Of a stretch of DNA of 64,000 bases, positions 58,343-64,000 are shown piece after piece (the first letter of the stretch is position 1; each line of letters starts with the position of its first letter). This DNA comes from Kiritimatiellia bacterium (GTDB lineage Bacteria > Verrucomicrobiota > Kiritimatiellia > RFP12 > UBA1067). Below the pieces are notes generated by a model, which saw only the letters and a program-made list of their open reading frames with translations, had not been told where the DNA came from and did not search any database. The stretch covers positions 10,012 through 74,011 of the forward strand of contig JAZQOS010000021.1 in assembly GCA_045627925.1 (NCBI GenBank). The letters are read 5' to 3'. Made by a program: the position numbers and the translations under genes.

Positions 58343-60883
58343 TTAATCCTTCAATATAAGTTCGATATTGCCATAGCTCTCGCCGCTATTAAGCGCGCGC
58401 ACTTTAACAATAATATTACATCCGTTATTGCCGATTGTCGGGTCGTTTATCTTATAGACAAGTACATTTTCCTTAGATGGCGTACCCGCGAATCCGCCGC
58501 GCTTGCTCTTCGCCACCACCTTACCGTCCATCTCGATCTTAATCGAATCAATTTCAAGTCGCTCCGCGCCACGCGTATAAGCAAGCCGCACCGCGCGCGC
58601 CGACCTAAGATCGCTCGCTTCGACCGGATACTTTATCTCGCTCCAACTCTTAGTCACCCTGCCTGGCGACCACGATCCAATCGTCTTGGTCTTGGAGTTG
58701 CCGACATTGGCCTTGCCCATTTTCTTCGCTTCGGCGATTAACTTTACCGCCGCTTTCACGGGATCGCCATAGGGCTTGACTTCCGAAAGGCCCTTGGTTT
58801 CTTCAACCCATTTGCGCTCCCATGCTCCACGATCTACATGCTTGGACGGATCGAAGCGCGCGCAGTTGTAAAGTTTGCGCCGTTGGAGGTAATAATCGCG
58901 AATAAGTCCCGACCAGATCTTCGCCGCATAGTCGTCAACCGGCGGACCCCAAATCGTCACGATGCGCCGCGCGTTCTTCTCGTAGTAATCGGCGAGCTTT
59001 TCGTCGCCATTACCATGCGAGCGCGCAAAATCAATCCAACGTTGCATGGAAAAGTGCGGATGCGATTCGAGAAGCTTGTCCATCGCGAGCATCAACTTTT
59101 CAATCCGCACCTCATATTCCTTGGCCGCCTCTTCGTTGCCCTCGCTAAACGCCTTTTCGCTGGCGACAATCAGGTTTTCCACGGTTGCGCCAAGATACGC
59201 GGCGGTATATTCGATAAGATCGGCCCGATAAAGCGGCGAGTCCGAAAACTTGTCCGCAACCGAGGCGAACTTCTCAATGGCCTCGAAGAACTCCGGCCGA
59301 GTATTGATTGAACCCTTGCCCGCGCCGCCGGGGCCCATTTGCCAATTATAGCGCGGGTGATCGGTAAACGATCCGTAGACCGACTTTCGCATAAGCGACC
59401 AAAATTCACCGATCGCCGGATCGTCCGCGCCATACCGCGCCCACGAGTAATTTCTAAGTAGCACATCCGTATCCGCCTTTTCAGTGCGCCAAGCGGAATC
59501 TGCCATAATCTCGTAAACCACTTGATTATTCTCAATCCCCTCCGGCGCCATTCCATGCCCGACCAACCGCCCCTTATTGGCAGAGTTTAGCGCATCAATA
59601 TGACCGTTGGCATAAAAATCCAATACTCCCGTAAGTCCGCACTTTCCGCCCATATTGGGAATTACGCTATAAATCCACAGCTTATTGTAAAAACCCTTGT
59701 GGAAATCCCAATTGGGCGAGGAGTGCCACCAATGGCGATTGTAGTCAACCGCCTCGTCAATAAGAAGCATCTTGTCGTCGGGCACTTTCTTCAAAAGCGC
59801 GGCCAAGGTTTCGGGATCCCAAACGCCACGCTGAAAACCAAACATCCATCCCTGCATTACCCAAATCGCATCCGGATTCGCATTGGCAATCGACTTGTAA
59901 ACCTTTTCGCCATATTCGTTCATGAGCTGATATCGCTCGGCCGATCCCTTGGGCGGGAATGGAGTTTCCATCTCATTAAAGCTATCAATGAGATACAAGT
60001 CGCACTTGCCGAATTCCTTTTCCCACTCCTTGATGAACATCGTGCCGATTTTCTCGAAGACCGAATGATTGGGCATCACCATCCAGTTGTGGAACCTTCC
60101 ACCGCACCACTTCGTTTCGATAAGCTCGAGATCGGGATAGATTTTCTTAAGCCCCGGCGGCACAAATCCCGCAAAGCCGGGGCAAATCGGTTTCATACCC
60201 AACGAGCGCATCCGAGCGAGAATCTTGTGCTGCAATTTAATCTGATCTTCGTGCCACGCCTTGGGCATGGGGCTGTCCAAGCCCGAGATATTTCCCATTC
60301 GCATCCAAGGAAGATGGGCAGGACCAACAAAGTACGCCTGAATCTCGTCTTCCGAAAGACCCAGCTTCTTAAAAACGCGCGCGGTGATTGCCTCTTGAGC
60401 GACAAGCGTCAGGGGAGCGTTAATGCCATGAAGCGCCATGTAATCGATTTCCTGACTCCACCGCTCCCACGTCCAATACGGCATCGTATAGCCGTAAGTT
60501 ACCACATTAAAGTAATAGCGATAATCAAAAGGCGTAGAGCCGCTAACTTCCGCATCCTTACTCCACGGCTCGTCGGCAAAGCGATTGCCCGCCCAGCTGG
60601 AAACGCCCTTCTTTTGCGCCTTCAAGGCCGAATAAAAGCCACGACAAAGCGCAATCGGCGAATTGCCCGTAACCAAAAGCTTGCCCGCCGAAACCTTAGT
60701 CGAATAGGTGTCGACTTTGCCGCCCTCTTTAAGCTTAAGCTCAACTCGGCTTTCCGCTGCAGGATTAGCGGACTTTACAAACCGCTCGATAACACCTTTG
60801 GCAGATGCAGTAAGATCAACGCTCGACGCGCCCAACAGCGCCATCGGCAATAGCGCCCCTAATGTAATAATTACTTTCTTCAT
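58343..60883 (-). CDS. Glycoside hydrolase family 89 (alpha-N-acetylglucosaminidase, NAGLU-like) with extra C-terminal beta domain
   Basis: The track start is GTG 60907. I prefer ATG 60883-60881 (MKKVIITLGALLPMALLG signal peptide). Strong NAGLU core: YRYYFNVVTYGYTMPYWTWERWSQEIDYMALHGINAPL...GPAHLPWMRMGN...PGFAGFVP. Confidence 0.85.
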   Translation of the reverse strand: MKKVIITLGALLPMALLGASSVDLTASAKGVIERFVKSANPAAESRVELKLKEGGKVDTYSTKVSAGKLLVTGNSPIALCRGFYSALKAQKKGVSSWAGNRFADEPWSKDAEVSGSTPFDYRYYFNVVTYGYTMPYWTWERWSQEIDYMALHGINAPLTLVAQEAITARVFKKLGLSEDEIQAYFVGPAHLPWMRMGNISGLDSPMPKAWHEDQIKLQHKILARMRSLGMKPICPGFAGFVPPGLKKIYPDLELIETKWCGGRFHNWMVMPNHSVFEKIGTMFIKEWEKEFGKCDLYLIDSFNEMETPFPPKGSAERYQLMNEYGEKVYKSIANANPDAIWVMQGWMFGFQRGVWDPETLAALLKKVPDDKMLLIDEAVDYNRHWWHSSPNWDFHKGFYNKLWIYSVIPNMGGKCGLTGVLDFYANGHIDALNSANKGRLVGHGMAPEGIENNQVVYEIMADSAWRTEKADTDVLLRNYSWARYGADDPAIGEFWSLMRKSVYGSFTDHPRYNWQMGPGGAGKGSINTRPEFFEAIEKFASVADKFSDSPLYRADLIEYTAAYLGATVENLIVASEKAFSEGNEEAAKEYEVRIEKLMLAMDKLLESHPHFSMQRWIDFARSHGNGDEKLADYYEKNARRIVTIWGPPVDDYAAKIWSGLIRDYYLQRRKLYNCARFDPSKHVDRGAWERKWVEETKGLSEVKPYGDPVKAAVKLIAEAKKMGKANVGNSKTKTIGSWSPGRVTKSWSEIKYPVEASDLRSARAVRLAYTRGAERLEIDSIKIEMDGKVVAKSKRGGFAGTPSKENVLVYKINDPTIGNNGCNIIVKVRALNSGESYGNIELILKD

Positions 60884-60896
60884 CACTTTTAGTTTA

Positions 60897-63800
60897 TCAT
60901 TCGTCACTATTAGGCGGCTCCGGCTTAATCTCGCTTATCTTCGTCCGGAAGAACGCGGAAGCGCCTTCACGCGGACTGCTCTCAAGCACGAGTTTCTCGG
61001 TCGGATCCGTAGCCAACTTGAACGATGGGCAATCGTTCTCGAAGTCCACCTTCAAGTCGCCAGTCGCTTCAAAGCCATACCAAAGCCCAATCTTGGCGTT
61101 GACGATACCAACGGCGACAATAGTACCCCCGTCTCCTTCTTCAACGATTAGCGGTTCCGCCTCGTCGTCTATCGCGCCGATTTCCGGTTTGGGTACAGTC
61201 TCGGAATTCAGTACCGCCGAAACTTCATACTTGCCGGCCGCGATTTCCTTCGCCGCCAACTTGAAGTACGTCTTGTAATCGTTCTCGTCAATAAGCTCCT
61301 TGACTTTCTCTGGAACTTCGACAACGAGCTTCGCCTGCGCAATGGCCGCCTCCGCGCTCTCCGCCTTGACTTCCGCCGGCTCGCCCGGCTTTACGTCAAT
61401 CTCGGTTGCCGGATATGCGACCTCGATAAAGGTCTCACTATCTTGCGCGAAAGTCGTCGCTTGAAGGTAGAATGCGCCGCCAGGGCCACCCTCGCCGTAG
61501 TAATTCTTGTAAGCGGCATCCTTTTGGTTAATATAGAGGGACTGAACAGGCATACCATCGGCATCGGTAAGATAGAAGTTTAACTTGCCATTCGTAATCT
61601 TCTTCCACTTATAATCACCTTGTTTGAGTGTCAACGATTCACTTGCCGCAAGCGTCGTGCCAGCTTCAAACGTCACCACGCACTTCGCGTCCGCGAGCGG
61701 GTCGCCGTCCTTGAGAAAGACGACCTTCACACCCGCAAGATCAAGCGCGACTTCGTTCGACAAGTTCGTCAGTGTAATCCACTCGTCCGTATCACCATCA
61801 GGCGTCGGCGTAATGCCATCGAAGGAGTGGAGACGAAGGAAGTTGTACGCAGGCGAGGGCTCGAAGATGACCTTCGTACCATCTGCGGCAGTAAGCGTAA
61901 TCTTCGCATCACCCTTACCCGCCTTGCCATTACCAACGACAACTTGGTCGGTGATTGTCATCGCCGCAATCGTCGCACGACGATCCGCCGTCACATACAC
62001 CTCGCCCGCGACACCATTAATCGTCTGATCAAGAATCGTTCCCGCCGGAATCGTCATCGAAACAGGACCTGAAAGCTCCCAGCCGGAAAGATCAATTGTC
62101 TCTTCGTTGGCGTTCTTGATAACGATTGCGCCAATTGCCTCGTCGTATTCGGCGGTGATGCCCGCTCGCAGATCCGCGATTGCGCTTTGCGCATGCGGAA
62201 TGCCCGCCGCAAAAGTCGAACCGTAGCCGACATTCTCCGCATCAATGGAGTGCGTAACATAAAGATGTTCGCGGCGCGGAACAACATAATTCGTCCACAA
62301 ATCTTCAAGACCCGCCTCCAATGTCGTCGGAAACACGGGCCACACGCTGATAATAGTTCCCGAACCATATCCCCACTTCTGGCGATCAAGCGCGGCATCG
62401 GCGGCAATCAAACCCTTCATCTCGCGCATAAAGACGATGAACGGGATCGTCGAATTTTCAAGCGTCTCTTCGGCGTTCGGTGCGCCAAGCTCCTTGTCCA
62501 TAAGCGTTCTCAAACGCCTGAGATAGAGACGACGGAACTTTTCATTCTGGTAAATCGCCTCGTAGGCGTTATTCGGATTGCCCTCGAAAGCTTGCATTGT
62601 ATCGTTCTTATACGCGCGAATCGCGTGACCGCCGTAGAACGGATGGCACTTGAACCAGTCCTCGTCCGCCATAAGTCCCGTATGCGTGACCTGCTTATAC
62701 CACTGTCCAAACGAAAGGTTCATGTCGTAGGCCAATGGACGCCACGTGCCCGTGCCGCGATGCCCTTCGATCATCGCCGGATCGTCGAGATAGGCGCCGA
62801 TATTCGCCCAGATATCGTCCGTCTCCTGCGTGATGCGCGTCAATGCCATGTAGTTAAACCACGCCGCAAGATCCATATTCTCCGCCGCAACCTTCGAGTA
62901 TTTTGCGTGATCGGCATCGGTTTCAACAACCTTGCCCGGCAACAATTTCGTGAAGTTCTGGAGCACCGAACGATCGCTTTCGTTTTCGTCATCCGGCGTC
63001 TTCTTTTCTCCACGGCTACCGTTCCAGGTCGCCGCTTCCTTGTAGCTGTAGCCGAACTTGTCGAACCCATACACATCCTCGATGAGTTCATCCGTAAAGC
63101 GCTCGGAATGGAACGCAAGCTGGAAGAATTCACCGTTCAGATTGCACCTGACCGGGAAGTCGAACGGCGCAGGCGAGCCGTTTCGGTTGAGAAGCCAGAA
63201 GCTCGCCATCTGCCGCATGAAGGTCGGGTCGGCCCACTCGGCGATGAGCGACGACTTGCGAATCTCTTCCACATCTTTGCCAGAGACGCAATCGTAGGTC
63301 GTAAGCGGATGCGCCTTGGCAAACCGAAGCCCGTGCGACTTCTTGTAGAAGCTCGCGCTCGTGTTGCCTCTGAGGTCGATGCGTACGTAATCGTAGTAGT
63401 TCGAAGTCGAGGCATCGTAAATCGCGACACGTGCGTTATTCGGGACAATCGTGCGATCCTGCTTGTCAGAATCGACATCCATCTGCTGAATCGACGCCGT
63501 ATCCGCAAACATATGCCAAGTCGTGAGGTTCTTGGAAACTTGCTCTTCCGTCGGCTCGACGATTGTACCGTACCACTCGTAGCCATCATCGGGATTATGA
63601 TAGCTTGGGCTCGTCCATTCACTGCCCGCCTTGTCGACGAGCTTAAATTTCCACTGAATGAGATGACCACGAGCTGGGAACTTGGACTTGGGAATCGTCG
63701 CCGTATAAGTATCGCCCCAATCCGTCGTGTCCGAGCCGTCCTTCGTCGCGAAATCAACGGGTATTTCCGTAAGCGTATTATCATCAAGATCGGTCCTCAC

Positions 63801-64000
63801 CACCATCACGATACTCGCGAGCTTGTCTTCATCGCGATAAACCGTTCCAATGTCTTTAGTCGGCGCCAAAACCGGGTTTGCGGAGAAGGTTACAACGTAA
63901 TCCTCGTCGGGGTTCGCCGGAGGCGCGTTACGCGCGAATTCGTTGTCGCTATCATGCTTCTTCTGCTTCTTGCCCTCGTAGAGGGGCCCCACATTCGGAC
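60897..64000 (-). CDS. CotH-family (atypical kinase fold) protein, partial; N-terminus beyond the right window edge
   Basis: CotH-like core (VRIDLRGNTSASFYKKSHGLRF...NLNGEFFQLAFHSERF...) followed by a long C-terminal extension. The reading frame stays open to position 64000. The track M at 63992 is a GTG and no signal peptide follows it. Confidence 0.75.
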   Translation of the reverse strand, partial: PNVGPLYEGKKQKKHDSDNEFARNAPPANPDEDYVVTFSANPVLAPTKDIGTVYRDEDKLASIVMVVRTDLDDNTLTEIPVDFATKDGSDTTDWGDTYTATIPKSKFPARGHLIQWKFKLVDKAGSEWTSPSYHNPDDGYEWYGTIVEPTEEQVSKNLTTWHMFADTASIQQMDVDSDKQDRTIVPNNARVAIYDASTSNYYDYVRIDLRGNTSASFYKKSHGLRFAKAHPLTTYDCVSGKDVEEIRKSSLIAEWADPTFMRQMASFWLLNRNGSPAPFDFPVRCNLNGEFFQLAFHSERFTDELIEDVYGFDKFGYSYKEAATWNGSRGEKKTPDDENESDRSVLQNFTKLLPGKVVETDADHAKYSKVAAENMDLAAWFNYMALTRITQETDDIWANIGAYLDDPAMIEGHRGTGTWRPLAYDMNLSFGQWYKQVTHTGLMADEDWFKCHPFYGGHAIRAYKNDTMQAFEGNPNNAYEAIYQNEKFRRLYLRRLRTLMDKELGAPNAEETLENSTIPFIVFMREMKGLIAADAALDRQKWGYGSGTIISVWPVFPTTLEAGLEDLWTNYVVPRREHLYVTHSIDAENVGYGSTFAAGIPHAQSAIADLRAGITAEYDEAIGAIVIKNANEETIDLSGWELSGPVSMTIPAGTILDQTINGVAGEVYVTADRRATIAAMTITDQVVVGNGKAGKGDAKITLTAADGTKVIFEPSPAYNFLRLHSFDGITPTPDGDTDEWITLTNLSNEVALDLAGVKVVFLKDGDPLADAKCVVTFEAGTTLAASESLTLKQGDYKWKKITNGKLNFYLTDADGMPVQSLYINQKDAAYKNYYGEGGPGGAFYLQATTFAQDSETFIEVAYPATEIDVKPGEPAEVKAESAEAAIAQAKLVVEVPEKVKELIDENDYKTYFKLAAKEIAAGKYEVSAVLNSETVPKPEIGAIDDEAEPLIVEEGDGGTIVAVGIVNAKIGLWYGFEATGDLKVDFENDCPSFKLATDPTEKLVLESSPREGASAFFRTKISEIKPEPPNSDE

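Overview
High-GC bacterial chromosome segment. The gene content (GH16, GH95, GH89, CotH, giant beta-helix surface proteins) suggests a glycan-degrading diderm, possibly from the PVC group, but I cannot establish taxonomy from sequence alone. Almost every real gene is on the minus strand. The only plus-strand gene I accept is a sodium:solute symporter at 46916-48445. Most long plus-strand ORFs in the track are Arg/Ala/Gly-rich antisense artefacts of high GC. Many minus-strand ORFs in the track also carry spurious Arg-rich N-terminal extensions, because the track takes the longest ORF and counts TTG and GTG as M. I re-set those starts.

Layout by coordinate:
- 1-11.9 kb: a tightly packed, translationally coupled string with many ATGA/GTGA start/stop overlaps. 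It holds an MFS transporter, GH16, proS, a two-subunit class I fumarase, an acetyltransferase-SDR-ACP-GT2 cassette, CvpA, a TPR lipoprotein, phosphomannomutase and LolDE-like ABC genes.
- 11.9-22.2 kb: an operon with its own consensus promoter. It encodes a 1039-aa TPR protein, ExbB, two ExbD copies and three paralogues that sit in the TonB position. These paralogues have a TonB-like anchor and Pro/Glu linker but a non-TonB, PA14-like C-terminal domain.
- 22.3-46.1 kb: four giant paralogous secreted proteins of 2114, 1248, 2177 and about 1677 aa. Each has a gingipain-like (peptidase C25-like) domain with a conserved His/Cys pair, then beta-strand-repeat regions. Three of the four carry discoidin-like modules. 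All share a short C-terminal tail (APRIIVK / APMITVR / KVIFK).
- The giant-gene array is interrupted by an orphan 35-nt copy of a gene end, a hicBA toxin-antitoxin pair, and a low-GC islet. The islet contains a dense cluster of GTTAAC palindromes, a Bro-N gene and a 7-copy, 22-23-bp-periodic iteron-like array.
- 46.2-64 kb: reverse rubrerythrin, the symporter, an envelope cluster (UDP-sugar pyrophosphorylase, LpxL-like acyltransferase, a YidC-TagF fusion, LicC-like, MsbA-like), then GH95, GH89 and a partial CotH gene.

The best candidates for something undescribed are the ExbBD module with non-TonB partners, the adjacent C25-like giant-protein family with its C-terminal tail, and the iteron/palindrome islet. 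All functional links between these are inference. No rRNA, tRNA, CRISPR array, integrase or transposase could be supported.
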